From Camelus dromedarius (Eukaryota): a DNA stretch of 64,000 nucleotides. The translations under genes were made by a program, and so were the position numbers. Under the pieces are notes generated by a model, which saw only the letters and a list, made by a program, of their open reading frames with translations, was not told the origin of the DNA and did no database searches. The stretch spans positions 47,742,001 through 47,806,000 of the forward strand of contig NC_087447.1 of NCBI RefSeq assembly GCF_036321535.1. The letters run 5' to 3'. Positions 13,161 to 25,847 of the stretch are shown one piece after another. Positions within the stretch are counted from its first letter, which is position 1. Every line of letters starts with the position of its first letter.

Positions 13161-14482
13161 CCACTGACCACTCATATCCCATAAAGGATCTTATACATTA
13201 ATTCTACCTTCCTAAACTGCTTCTGAAAATTTATTACTTCCTTCATCTAGAGATTTCTACTAAAATAACTTAGTTCACTTAACAGACATTATAAACTTAA
13301 TTTTTAACCATATGGTAAGTTTCAGGTATCTCAAACAGGAATTAAAGTCTAAAAATTTCCCTGTGGCCACAAGAAAAACAAACAAACAAACAAAAAACCA
13401 AACACAGAATTAAAATAGAGTCGTTTTCAATCAGAAAACAGTAATATTGGTATATCCAAGTTTGGATGAATATAAATTTACATGCCTTAGTTAGAAACCC
13501 TGAAAAGGCAGGTAAATAGTAGAAATACTCACAAATAGTACCTAAACTAAATATGGGGGAGGAAAAAAGGAACTCTTGATATTAAAATCTTTGGGCTATG
13601 AATAATTCGGCTATCCAAACACATATAATTTTATTATAACAATAAATAGTTAATATTTTTCATGAAACCAACATGTGCTTGTGCACCACAGGAAAAAACA
13701 GGTAACTGATGAGGCTTACAGACACAATTCCAATTTAATAAATGTGCTACTTAAGGGAAATAAGGGCAGCTACTCTGTTTCAACATGCAAATCATCCTCC
13801 ACCCTTTACAAAAAATATGTTTGTTGAACTGTCAGTTTGTATTACAGGATTGTTAAATAAAACAGTGGTGTTTCTTTCAATAAAATGAGTCACAATTCCC
13901 TCTATAAAGAAAGATACTGTTCTTCACAACTGACAAAATGTCTTATCTTTTAAATTCAAAGTTATCTTGATTATGGGTACAGGTAACTTCAATGATAAAA
14001 TATGATAAACACATTTCCCACTAAATGTAATAATGTTCAAAGACAATGTTACATTTGTTATGTTGCAATAAACAGTGTTAGCATATAATCATCTGAGGTT
14101 GACTGGCTCACCCCCAGATATTAACCATTAACCAGGTGTCAGTTTAAAAATCTGTGTGATATCGTTAAGGTCAATAAATGTTACAATTCAGTAGAAAGAT
14201 TATTTAAATATGAATTTCTACTTCAATTACTATAATTTGATAAATTTGTAAGATCCTTGTTTTTTTCATAATAGTGCGTGTACATTATAGGTTCTTCTAC
14301 TAAAGGAAAAAAGTTTGTATTGTGTTAGTTCCAGTTATAATTTCTAGCTGAGTCAAAGTTCTATCCGCCTTAACGCAGGAAATCCAAAAGGAAATTCCAC
14401 CATCAGTTCCTGGGGCTTGGTAACGCAAAGGTTCTTTGAAACAGAGATGCAGAAGTTTTCAAACTATTTACAATAACCTTAC

Positions 14483-14580
14483 CTCATATCTTCAAGCAAA
14501 TCACATTCTGCTTGATGTTTGGCTTGAAGTTTTGTCATCTGCTCAACTTGAATGTTTTTCAGTTCTTGTGTAACTTTCAC
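14483..14580 (-). CDS. FCHSD2: FCHSD2 exon 2 (98 bp), start of the F-BAR domain: VKVTQELKNIQVEQMTKLQAKHQAECDLLEDM(R)
   Basis: Minus strand: tatattttag|GTG AAA GTT ACA CAA GAA ... GAA GAT ATG AG|gtaag. Canonical acceptor and donor, open frame, peptide recognised as FCHSD2. Intron 1 is 14581-16332. I do not see exon 3 in the window. Confidence 0.96.
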
Positions 14581-15949
14581 CTAAAATATACCATATATTC
14601 ATGAGGTCTTACTGCAACCTAAACAAAAAAAAAATTACTTGAGGAAGATACTTAACACTTGTCAGAACGTATAACTCTTGCTTGCCTCTCCCCTGAGGAC
14701 CATAAACCCATTATTAGCCACCTAATTTTGTTGAATGCAGATACTTAATGAAAAAAACAAATATCCTGAAGCAGAGGCTAAATTAAAGTACAAGAGTTTA
14801 AAAATTACAGATTAAAGAGGTGCAAAATAAACTGCCAGTCATTTCATTTCATGCACAAGCTCCATACATATCTAGGTCTTAAGAGTTTTAAAAAAGTCTG
14901 TCTTCTATTTCTTCCAAAAAAGATTCAGACATTAACCACCAGGAGAGTTGAGCAGAGTGTAGATGGGAGAAGGGGGCGTAAGAATGCCTAATATCTAATG
15001 ACCAAAATTTACACAATCGGGAAATTATATGCATGAATCAACTACATATATTATTTCATAATGGCTGCGAGAAAGCAGTCTCAGGATGGTGCCCTCGACT
15101 CGCTACCGGCACATCAAATCACAACCTCGTTCTCATAAAGGAGAAAGCAAAAGTGACCTTCCAGCATATGCAGTGCTTTTCAGCCACCCCAGCAAGCCGG
15201 TCCCCGTGGCGTTTCCACTTTAAACAGCTAGAATGGCAAATGCAAATTGGCCAGTGCCTTCCCCGACAGGCCGACGTCTAGGTTACAGTGGGCGTGGAAC
15301 CCCCACCTCCCGAGCAGGGTTACAGGAGGGATTAGGGTACGCGTATTAAAGAAAAAGACTCACTTAACTGGAGAACCAGGGTTAAGAAAGAGAAAGAAGT
15401 GGGAGCAGACACGAGTGAGTTAAGCATTCACCAAATGTTTGCCCAAGAGGGGAGGATAGAACAGTCTCCTCCACCCAACGCCCAAAGTAGACACTCAGTA
15501 ACCATCTGTAGGATTAAAAAGACAAGGACACAGCCTCAGTCCCTGGGAAAACTGGGGAAAAGGACAGTGAAACAGTTCTGGAAGGGCGAAGCGGGGAAGC
15601 TGCTGACAAGCCCGGAGCACCCGTCACTCCCACCCCAAGCCCAGATCCTCGTGCACATGCAACGCACTGCCAGGTTCTCGCTTTCCTAGGGGCAGCACCG
15701 CCGCCTCCTCGCCCCCTCGTAGGAGGGGCGGGGCAGGAATAGGCGAGAGAAAGGCAGGAGAGGTCAACGCTTAATTTCTTGTTTTCCCCTGGGATAGGGG
15801 TGACTGACTACTGCAACTTCTTTTCGGTTGCCCCGTGGGAAAAAAAAAAAAAACCTTAAGGCTAGGCTGGAAACAAATTCTCTGTAAATTTGCAAATAGG
15901 CGAGGAGGGAGACAAGCTGGCGGAGGGCTCAAACCTGGTGCAGACTAAA

Positions 15950-17550
15950 CAATCACAAAAGCACAAGGCTCTGTAAAGCTGCAAGGGCTCCCCCGCCTCC
16001 CCTCGGTGCAGCCCCGAGAAAGCACTTTGCAACGAGCAGCACTGCCGTGTGCGCTCACACACTCACACACACACACAAATGCACATCCGAAACTTGTGAA
16101 ATGTCTGGGGGTCTCCCGCGCGGTAGAGGGTACAAGCCCAGGCTGCCCCTCCCTAGAGAAGGCACCGAACACGCGCGCCCCCAGCCTGGGCAGGCGGCAA
16201 CTCGGTGACAAACCCGAGGCGACAGCGGTCAAGGCCTCTTGCGCAAAGGGGGAGGGGGCGCAGCGGTCGCCCCAGTCGCGTTCCTTGTACGCATCCCCCT
16301 CAAACCTCAAACGCCCCCAGCTGCATCCTCACCTTCCTCGGCGGCGGCTGCATGATGCTGAAGGGACATCAATCCTCCTCCGACGGCGGCGTTAGCGAGG
16401 AGAGAAGGGCCGAGAGGAGGGGGTGGCGCAGCGACCGGGCTTGTGTGCGTGTGTGAAATATGTGTGTAAGGAGAGCCTGAGAACGAGGACTCACCCTGGA
16501 GGGAGCAAGGCCGGCGGACCGCAGGGGGACCCGGGCCGGAGGGTGAGTGTGAAGAGGAGGAGGAGGAGCGCTGGGAAGGCCTGGGCTCCAGCGGCCCGGG
16601 GGGGTGTGTGAGGCAAGGAGGCGGAGACCGCGAGGGGGCGGGGGCCCGGGAGCTGGGGCGCAGGGTCTTCAGCTCGCGGAGCGGCTCTAGAGGAGTAACG
16701 CCGTTGTCCAGATGCCTGCCCGCCGCGGCTCCAGCCTGCGGCCGACTCCGCAGTTCCTCAGACGCGGGCCCCCAGCCCCCACTCCGGCAGCCCAGCCCTC
16801 GCTGGGCCCAACGCCCCCGCCCGGCCTGGGGAGGTGGAAGGCGGCGCCGTGTTCTCCGCTTCGGTTCCTCCACTCAGGCCGCGGGAATTTCCGGCCCCAC
16901 CGCGCGGCGCAGCGCCCCGCTCCGGCGGCGGAGGGGACAGCGCAGGCCAGAGCTGGGTTCGAGGGGCCGGGACAGGCTGCTAGGAGGGAGCGTGGCCGCG
17001 GCGTGGGGCTCCGTATCGCGGTGGGGGACGGCGGCAGCTAACGGGTCTGTTGGAGAATGAGACGGGTAGAAAAGCCACCGCAGGACGAAAATTCTCCCCT
17101 TCTCTCTGAGAGTGGCACGTTCCAAACGCCTCTTGTCCTCCCTCCCCCACACGGGGAGCCAGCCGGGGGCTTCCCGCGCGCTTTCCCGCCAGCCCGCCGC
17201 CGCGCGCGCGCCTCCGATCGGGGACGCGCACGTGGGCGGGAGAGGGCTCTACGCCGACGCACGCGCAGAAGCCGCCCCCACCGCAGCGTGTGTCAGTGGG
17301 GAGGGGGCCAGCATGTCTGTATGTCTTGGCAGTAGGAGAGACCCCTTTTCTGCTTCTCCGTCCTCCCCCAACGGATGAGCGGGGCAGCCAAGAGACCAAG
17401 GGCCGACCTTGGACTAGTCCTTTCGCAGCGGCCGCGGGTGCCTGGCTTGGGCGGGGACATCTAGTTTCCCTGCAAAGAAAAAATCGGCTCTTTGCTTTAG
17501 GGCTTCCAAGTCAAAGAGCACGTACTCTGTGCTGGAAGACCGCGAGGTCC
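15950..17550. promoter_or_regulatory. FCHSD2: CpG island / FCHSD2 promoter and 5' UTR
   Basis: Very GC- and CpG-dense segment around the ATG. Contains GGGAATTTCC (16883-16892), TTTCCCGC (17182-17189), CACGTG (17229-17234) and GGGCGG (17234-17239). The exact TSS cannot be read from sequence. Confidence 0.92.
16333..16353 (-). CDS. FCHSD2: FCHSD2 (FCH and double SH3 domains 2) coding part of exon 1, MQPPPRK
   Basis: Minus strand reads cagcatc ATG CAG CCG CCG CCG AGG AAG|gtgag: A at -3, canonical donor at 16332-16328, inside a CpG island. The peptide matches the FCHSD2 N-terminus as I recall it and joins exon 2 in frame (phase 0). Confidence 0.96.
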
Positions 17551-18394
17551 TTAACCCTCTTTTCACTGATAGGAGGCCAGAGGAGTGGAGAGTTTCTGAA
17601 GGCTGCACAGCAGGACTAGATTCTCTGAATAACTAAGTGTTCTCTGGGTTATAAAGAAACAGATGCAGTTGATAACCATGAGGAAAAGTACAGGAGGCAG
17701 CAGAGGCAATGAAGGAAGCCCCTGAATGGAAGTCAGGACCCCTGAATGCCAGTCTACTCTGCCTGCCCCTGAAAGGCTGGGTGAGCTCAGGCTTCCTTAC
17801 CTACCAGTGAGGATGCTCATCCAGGCAGCTTCCCTACTCCACCTTCCTTCTCTATCCAAACCGTCTTGGGATAGGGATATCTGCCTCCCTTGGGGTACTT
17901 AGAAGAATGAAAACACCTCTTACGAAGCCACAGTGCTGTATGGAGGGTGAATGAGATCACCCCGGTTTTATCAGAAGTTCAGGTCTCAAATACCTGTTCT
18001 CAGAAGTGGAGTCAGGCAAAAGAGGAAAGTGAGTGAAGCCTGGAGAGACCCAAGTCTCCCAAAGAGACCCAAAGCCACTTGGCCGGAAATTGGAAAGATG
18101 GAACAACTCAGGTTGTTTACATTGTTAACCTAGCTTCTTGTACAAGAAGGAGATAGAATCAGAGCTGTAATTGAGTCAGATTAATCTAGAGCTGTGTAGG
18201 AATTAGAAGACCAGGCATACTATTTCTGGTTTCCTTGAAGGCATTCAAAAGTGAGCCCTTCAGGAGAGTCCTTGATTACTATTAGGGAAGACCTGGAGCA
18301 ATGAAACAGATGGGTGGAGGCCCAGCTCCTTGACAGTTGTGGGGCCCACAGCTAGAGCCCAGGCTGGAGGTAGCCAGACTGGGCTCCAGTCTCA

Positions 18395-18690
18395 GCTCCA
18401 CCATGAACTCATTGTGAGGCCTTGACCCAGGTAGTTCACCTCTTTCAACTATTACTTCCTCACTTGTAAAATGGGGGTATAATACCAGCTTCACAGGCTT
18501 GTTGTATTAAATAAAATTTCTCCTACCACACAACCTAGCACATAGTGCCCAGTAATGCTCGCTGATTCATCATTTATTCAGAAAATATTTGCTAAAGTCC
18601 TGCTTTGTGCCAAGCTTTGGGCTAGACACTGAGGATACAGGAGCAAGCAAGAAAAAATCAGCCTAGGCCTTTACCTAGTCAGGGAGGGGT
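18395..18690. mobile_element. MIR (+) followed by L2 3' end (-)
   Basis: cttcctcacttgtaaaatggggg...; then ttcatcatttattcagaaaatatttgctaaagtcctgctttgtgccaag. Confidence 0.7.
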
Positions 18691-21600
18691 AACAGTGCTT
18701 GCCCAGATGCAATGTCCTGCACACAGAAGGTGCTTAACAGAGATTAGCTGAATCCTAGTTCTGGGGATAACTAGTCTGGCCCAGAAATTATCCTCCCTTC
18801 ACCTCCCTTCTCTAGAAGTGAGCACTGGGGGTATAGAGGTGCTGGGTGTTGGGAGATTTGGGATCCAGCTTCTATCACTGATATGCTGGGCCTTATCTAA
18901 ACCTTGATCCCCAACTGCAGAGTAAGGTAAGTGAATGAGCGTGAAACTTAGTAGGCCCTTCACAGCTGAAGTCAAACCTGGGGCTTTATTTTATGGATTT
19001 AGGAGGGCAACCCCCACTGGATTTGCCATTTTTCTGAAACCAGGAATGGCATTGACTTTCTGGAATGATATCCTTTGGAGCTGTTATAAAAAGCTAAGGG
19101 GCAACACCAGATGGGCTCACCTGCTACCTGCTTTCTCAAAAATGTAGTTTCTTATAAAATGTGTTTAATATTTACCGAGTGCCTTTTCCAAACCCCAAAC
19201 TCTCATACTACTTTTCTAAGCCAATCTTCACTATAATCCTATGACAGAGTATTATTTTCTTCATTTTACAAATAAGGTACCAGAGACTTCGTGAAGAAAA
19301 ATGACTTGCCCTAAAGTGATAGATTTGAGACCAGAACCCGGTTCTCCCATTTGCCTCTAAGAGGGATGTTCAAAGGAACTGGGAGATTCATCTAAGGAAA
19401 AAGCACACTCAGGAAGATACAATCCATATGTTCCAGACTCCACAAGGATAGGGAAAGGATTTCTGTGACATGTAAGCCTGACTTAAAATGCACCCCTTTT
19501 GAACCAGGCTGGAGACTTCCAGAGCCTTGCTCCTGCAATGCAGGCAAGCACTGTGTTACCAGTAAGATCTCTTGAGATTCTTTGGGGGAAATGCCATAGA
19601 GCTTTCCTTTGGCCACAGAGCAGCATGCACTGTGGCCCCAGACACAGAACTGGAGCAGGTCTCAGCTTCACCTAAGGAAGGACATTTTCCAGGCAGAGCC
19701 GCCCCCAGAAAGGGTGAGCTCCCCTGTCCCTGTGCAAGCAGGTGCTGGCTGCCTTCCATCAAGGAGGCCACAGATGGGATTCTCACCCTGGGAAGAAATT
19801 AGTAACAGATACCATTTATTTTGCCTCTTCCATGTTTAAAGCATTGAGCTATGCACGTTATTTACATTGTTTCTAACCCTCACAACAATCCCAAATGATA
19901 CATGTGACTCATTTCTCAGATTTCACAAAATGAGGCTCACAAGTGAAATGACATACCCAAGGTCACACAGTTAGGACAGGAAAGCCAGGCTGGCCCCTGC
20001 TTCCTCTGGCTCTGAAGCTGTGCTCTCCCTCCAGCATGTGTGCTGCTGTGCAGTCTCCCAGAAGGAGTGTGATTCTAAGTTTAAGTCAGAGCCAGGATTG
20101 AAAGTTGGCCTGGAGCAGATATAAGAATGGGCATTGGAAAATGAACTATTTCAATATTCCACAGGGCTCCCAGGAGAAACCTCAGGGAGACAAAGTATGC
20201 AGCAGCCCTTGAGCTAGAATTCTATGGCTAGAATGTGAACAGCCCCCTGCCTGGTCCAGAGTGGGCACCCATGACAGGTTGGCGCTCCATCCAAGGCTTT
20301 CTCCAGAGAAGGTGGCCACCATCCCCTCTGCCAATTCTACACTAAGGTACCCATTCCTCTTCCTGCAGCTGGGGTTCACAGCCCCTTCTAGTCCCTTTCC
20401 TGCTCTGTCATCATCCCTAACCTTTCAGCCCATCCATTATCTGTCAGGGGATGCCAGCTAACCCCTGCCTGAGCCCCACCAAGCTCACCAGGGGATGCTG
20501 CTGTAGACAATGCTGTCTATGGATCCCACCCCCATTCACCACCCTTCTACCCTAGTCACCTTTCCCCCTCTGCCTCATCCCACACACACACATGCTGGCC
20601 TTTGTTCCTGCGAGAGCTGATCTCTCAACATAGCCCTCTGGTCAGCCTGGTGGGGGAATGTACCTGTCTCCTCCACTAGTCAACACTCAAGGCAGAGAAT
20701 CACAGCCCACTGGAATGACACTTTAAGATCAGTGGCCACAAGAAGAGGGTAGAGGCTCTCCCTAGGACACAAAGTGAGTTTGTGGGCAGAACTAGACCTT
20801 GGACTCCATCCAGCATCACTCAACAATCCCCTTATTCTAGAGTTGGAAGCAGGTCTCTAGGGTGAGACCCAAACCCTGCACTCCAGCAGCTCCTAATCTT
20901 AACTCATGGACCAAAGGTCAGAGCAGTGAGTCCAGAACATCCAAGTCAGCTCAGGAGAGTCATAGGGACCCAGATTTCACCAAACAGTACCAGGGATCTA
21001 AGGCCAGAGGTGAGTCCCTGAGAGGCAGGCACTGGGACAGGGTATTACCTAGTCAGCTAGTTCCCCTGTCAGGGAATGTTACAGTGGGGGTAAGGGGACA
21101 GTCCCAGGGCTATAGTAGGAGCTAACAGTCATATGATTTTGCCATCAGGAGTCAGGAAACCAAAGTTCTAGTCCTATCTTTGTCAGGCACTTGTTGAGTG
21201 TAACCTTTAGCACACTGCAAATTCTGTCCTGTGTTCCTCCTAGTTGGGGGGGGGGGGGAGGTTCAGGTTAAATGAAATAACAAGTATATGATCTGTAAAG
21301 GGCTGGGGAGCTATGTAAGCAAGTGACTACCCATCCTGGGATACATTAAGGAAGGCTGAGTGACACCATGTGGGACACTGACAAGGACTTTCCCACTGGG
21401 AGCTACACTATGATTACAGCCCTGCGAAACTAGGACTTATGGGTGAAACAGGTTTGGGTGGAAGGGTAACATCACAGGGATTTGGGGTCAGACAAACCTG
21501 GGTCAGATGTCCATTTCCTCCTCTGCCTAGTTTTGGGTGCTTGACCAAGTCCTGAAACTTCTGAGTTCCCTCTACCAAGTTCGCTTGTCCATAAAAGGGG

Positions 21601-22734
21601 AATAATGATTTTTTGTAGGGTTGTGGTGGGAATTAAAAGGGAATGTTTATATAAAATGCCTGCAATTGTATTGGCTCACAAATGTGAATTTCCTCTGTGT
21701 GTCTTGTGTCTTTCTTCAATTTCCCTTCATTTTGTTCTGGTTTTGTTTGCAAGTGAAAAAAACAAAACACAAAAAGAGGAATTCACATAGGAAGAGGTTG
21801 AGCCCAACTACAGTCCTCATTTTGCCCTGACTCACCGTAAGGACCTGGGAAGTCCCTGCCCTCCCTCAGTCTTCATTTCCTCATCTGTAACACCAGGGCT
21901 TCCACCAGGGAGCCTCTCCAAAGCCCAGCCTGGAAGGTGTGGAATGCTACCCATCTGTGAGCCCCTTCCATGAAGAGAACCTTCCAGGCTGAGCTGGGGG
22001 ATGGGGGTCAGGCAGGCACCAGGAGAAGGATATGGAGCTGTAGGGGAAGGACAGCAAAATGGGGAGGTGGCAGCCCTGTAACTACTGTGTTCTGACCTGT
22101 GGAAGGAACAGGCCATGCTCAGATTAAGAAGCCTACTGCCTGTTTTCCCACAGGCTGCCAGTGAATGCCAAAACAAAACATGCTTGCCTGCTCCCTGCCT
22201 GGAGGGTAGCAGGCCAAAATGAGTGTCCTAGAGGGCTGGCAGATGCCCTGGCATCCTGCCTCCTCCCTAGGCACCAACCCTTCCCCTGTCTGCTATATAT
22301 CCATCCATACACCCGTGTCCTGTGATCTGGGTGAGCTGAACAACCCCCTCAGCCAAAGCTGGCCCAATGTATGGAGAGGAACTTCCCCAGGACCTGTACT
22401 CCCCCTCTCATTTTCAGCTCTTCTAAATGGACACCTCCAGTTCCTAAACACCCTCTAGCTTCCCAATCCAGCCTTGGCCCCAAGATGAGATCTAATTCTC
22501 GCCATGCTGCTGTGGGCAGAGTGCGTGGCATCAGAATGCTGGGAGTTGCTGTCAGTTGCTAGGGGAGGGAATTCCCTGGCTCAGGAAAGCTCCTCCAGTG
22601 GAAGGGAGCAGGTGGTGAGTCTCCCCAAAGAGACAGACACCGCCAACGCTGTAGGCAGAGCCAATCCTGGGGTAAAAAGCATCAAATCCACCACCCCCAC
22701 CTTCTCTCTGTTGCTTGTCTACACTGGGCACAGT

Positions 22735-23560
22735 AATAACAATAGCTTACACTTTCTAATAGCTACAATGTGTCCGCGCTTCACATAAACAATTAATTTA
22801 ATTCTCACAATGACTTTGAAGTAGGTAATATTATTAGCTCCATTTTATCTTCAGGTCACACAGCCGATAAGCAGACTGAGATTTGTACCCAATTAATCAG
22901 GCTCCAGGGTCTGTACTATTAACTGCTACGCAAATCTGCCACCAGAAGATGGCATTTCCCATAAAACCCAGTTCCAAACTTGGAATATAGCAAGATGCTT
23001 TCCCTAGTATCCTAGAATCAAAGCATTTTTCCAGACTTGCCTGAGCTGAGAATCTCCTAGGGGTTCTTATTCATCCCCTCCTCTGAGGATTTAGTAATCT
23101 TTGTGTGGGAAGAGAGGCAGTGCCTGACACATGGAAATTGTCCATAAATATTTGTTCAGTAAATGAATGCCACTGCCTTCTCTGAGCCTCTGCTCATCTA
23201 TAAAATGCAGTTTCAGTTCCCTACCCTGCCCCATCTCCAAATGTGGCTGTACATTGAGCTGGTGTGTGTATCTGCACAAGCTTTGCTTGGGTGTGAGAAG
23301 CTGTTTACAGTCACACACGCTGGCTCCTAATGACAGCTGTAATAATAATAGCTAACATTTGGTACATGCTTATGGAGTACCAGGCACAGCTCTGAGGGCT
23401 TTGACTGTGTTAACCCATTGATTCTCACAATACCAATTATCCTGACTTTAAGGGGAGACTGAGGCTCAAAGAGGTTGAGTAACTTCCCCATGATCACACA
23501 ACTGGAAGCAAGATTTGAACTCAGATGGCCTTACTCCAGTATCCAGAGGTTAACCATTCA
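22735..23560. mobile_element. Two antisense MIRs with a short L2 3' end between them
   Basis: aatagcttacactt...caaggtcacacagc-like core; cagtgcctgacacatgg...ataaatatttgttcagtaaatgaatg; gactgaggctcaaagaggttgagtaactt. Confidence 0.7.
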
Positions 23561-24889
23561 GTCATAGCTCCCCTCTTGGGAACTGGGCTGCCAAAGTTTA
23601 ACTGAGCAAATGGTTACTGCACCTGTAGTATTCAGGGAGGGGAGAATGGAGAATTGAATTAACAGGAGCTCTCACTATAGATGAGGCAAGATCTAGAATT
23701 GCTTCACTATTATTTGAGCCTGAGTAAGAAATTCCAAAACACAGAATCAAAGTGCTATGGTAGTCCCAGGTGGGGAAGGCTGCCTCAGTCTAAAAGAGGG
23801 GACCTGGAAGGCTGCACTGTAAGTGGGCCTTGATGCACGGAAGGTACACACTCCCAGGAGAGGAGCAGCAAGAGAGAGAGAGCAAAAACCTCTGGCTGGA
23901 TGGGCCTGAGCTGTGTTTGGGCAGCCTAATTAATACTGGGAAATGAGCCTACAACAGTGAACTGTGGCCTTGGTATCTCACTTGGATGTTTGGTCTAAAC
24001 TTTAAAAAGTGATGCCCCTTTATGGAGTTCATCACACTCTGCAATAATTGCCTGTCTCACCCATCTTATCCACGTTTCCCATCCCCATAGATCTCTGGAA
24101 GGAGATCTTGTTTGTCACTGTACCCCCAGCAGCTAGGACAAGGCATCCTAGATGGATGGACTTGAAGGTCTGAAGACCCAGAGGTTTACCAGCAGTGGAC
24201 AGCCAGCTTACAGAATGGAAGGCCCAGTACAGCACCCTAAGGGAGGGTGTACCTGAGGGCCTCCATAGGCCTATCGTCTGTTCATGTTCAGCCTTCTGTC
24301 CTCACACACTGTACTGAGCTACTGACTCACTGCTACTCTGCCCAGGTGGAGGCTTATAAGTCCATGGGTCACAAAGGAGAGGCTGGGTGGCTCTGAAAGA
24401 CAAGGCACATTGGCTGGGTCACGGTAACTCCAGTGCCTTTCCTCCCTGCACATTGGCCACTCACATTGGGTTCTAGGTTAAGAGCTTACGTCAAGTTCTA
24501 AGACAGACTAACTGGTTTGAATTTTGGCTCTGCTGCTTTCTAGCTCTGTGGTCTTAACTGAATAATCTGGATACTGCCTGTCTCCTATTGGTCCTGTGAC
24601 TCCGGCCCAGCTCTCACTTTCCCTGTGCTTCAGGCACTGTGTATGTTGGGATGGTTACCCTTGAGACCCTGGCGGCTCTGTCATTCTCCAGGTCACCAGA
24701 CAGTGCTTTCTGGGTGGTGGTAATATGAATGTAAAGGTGAAGCTTGATCTTTTCTCTGGGGCAGTCAGAAAAACCTTTTCCAACCCAGCACTGACCACAG
24801 AGAAATGACTGGGTCAAGGCTCACGCAACATCCAGATATTCCTTCTGGGTGACAATTTTTCAGGCCTATCTGATGATAGTTATTCTCCA

Positions 24890-25296
24890 CTTGCACCTGA
24901 CCTGGACCCTCAGCCCTGCACTGTGCTCTAGGAGGCTGGTCCCTGTGGGCTGTATCACCAGGCCCCTTGGCCAACTGGCTTCCTCAGGAGGATGAGAGAA
25001 GAGAGAGGTTGGGCTATTTCTCCCTCTGCTCTCTCCCTGCTTTGTTGCCTTCTCCACTCCCTCCTTGATCCCACTCCTTCCTTGATCCTATCCCTGCCAG
25101 GCAGCCCTACCTCTCTCTGGGCTCCAGTGATGTGATTCCTGCCCCTCCTTCAGCCCTAGTCTCTGGGTGGGTGCCTCGCCATCTTTTATTTGTTCCCTTA
25201 ACCCACCTACACCTCAGTACAGCAGTCCCTTCATTAAGTCTCTTCATTTGAACCATTAGAGGGGAATTGCTTCCTGCTGGCCTCCTGACTAATACA
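24890..25296 (+). mobile_element. LTR33-like ERVL solo LTR
   Basis: ccctgcactgtgctctaggaggctg...cttcattaa...ttcctgctggcctcctgactaataca matches the recalled LTR33 layout and terminus. Confidence 0.7.
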
Positions 25297-25305
25297 GGAC
25301 CCTCC

Positions 25306-25677
25306 GGTATTATGCTAAGTGAAATAAGTCAGACAGAGGAAAAACAAATACTGTATGATATCACTTATATGTGGAATTTTAAAAATATAACAAACTAGTG
25401 AATATACAAAAAAGAAAGAGACACAGATATAGAGAACAAATCAATGGTTACCAGTGGGGAGAGGGAAGGGGAAGGATAATAAAGGGGTAGGAAATTAAGA
25501 AATACAAACTATTATGTGTAAAATAAGCTATAAGGATACACTATACAACACAGGGAATATAGCCAATATTTTATAATAACTATAAATGGAATATAACCTT
25601 TTAAAATTGTGAATCACTATATTGTATACTTGTAACATAAATATTGTATGTCAACTATACTTCAATTAAAAAAAAAA
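25306..25677 (+). mobile_element. L1 3' UTR with A tail
   Basis: tattatgctaagtgaaataagtcagacagag...tcaactatacttcaattaaaaaaaaaa, same subfamily style as 3479-4637. Confidence 0.92.
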
Positions 25678-25781
25678 GGAGTTTAGGCTTTTCAAGCATG
25701 ATCTGCCTGTTCTTCTTGCTTAGCCCTGCAATAAACCTTTCTCAAAGAAAGAAAGAAAGAATGGGAGGAAGGGAGGAATTA

Positions 25782-25847
25782 CATCTCCAGTATCTCTTTA
25801 TAAATAAATAAATAAATAAACCTAATTACCTCCCTCCCCCCACCAAA
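25782..25847 (+). mobile_element. 5'-truncated copy of the Vic-1-like SINE
   Basis: ccagtatctc...(TAAA)n cctaattacctccctcccccc matches the tails of the 12242 and 56737 copies. Confidence 0.75.

Noticed and set aside
15945..17619. Many overlapping Arg/Pro/Gly-rich ORFs in the CpG island
   Set aside because: Expected from stop-codon scarcity at high GC. Only the 21-nt coding exon and the short uORF are supportable.
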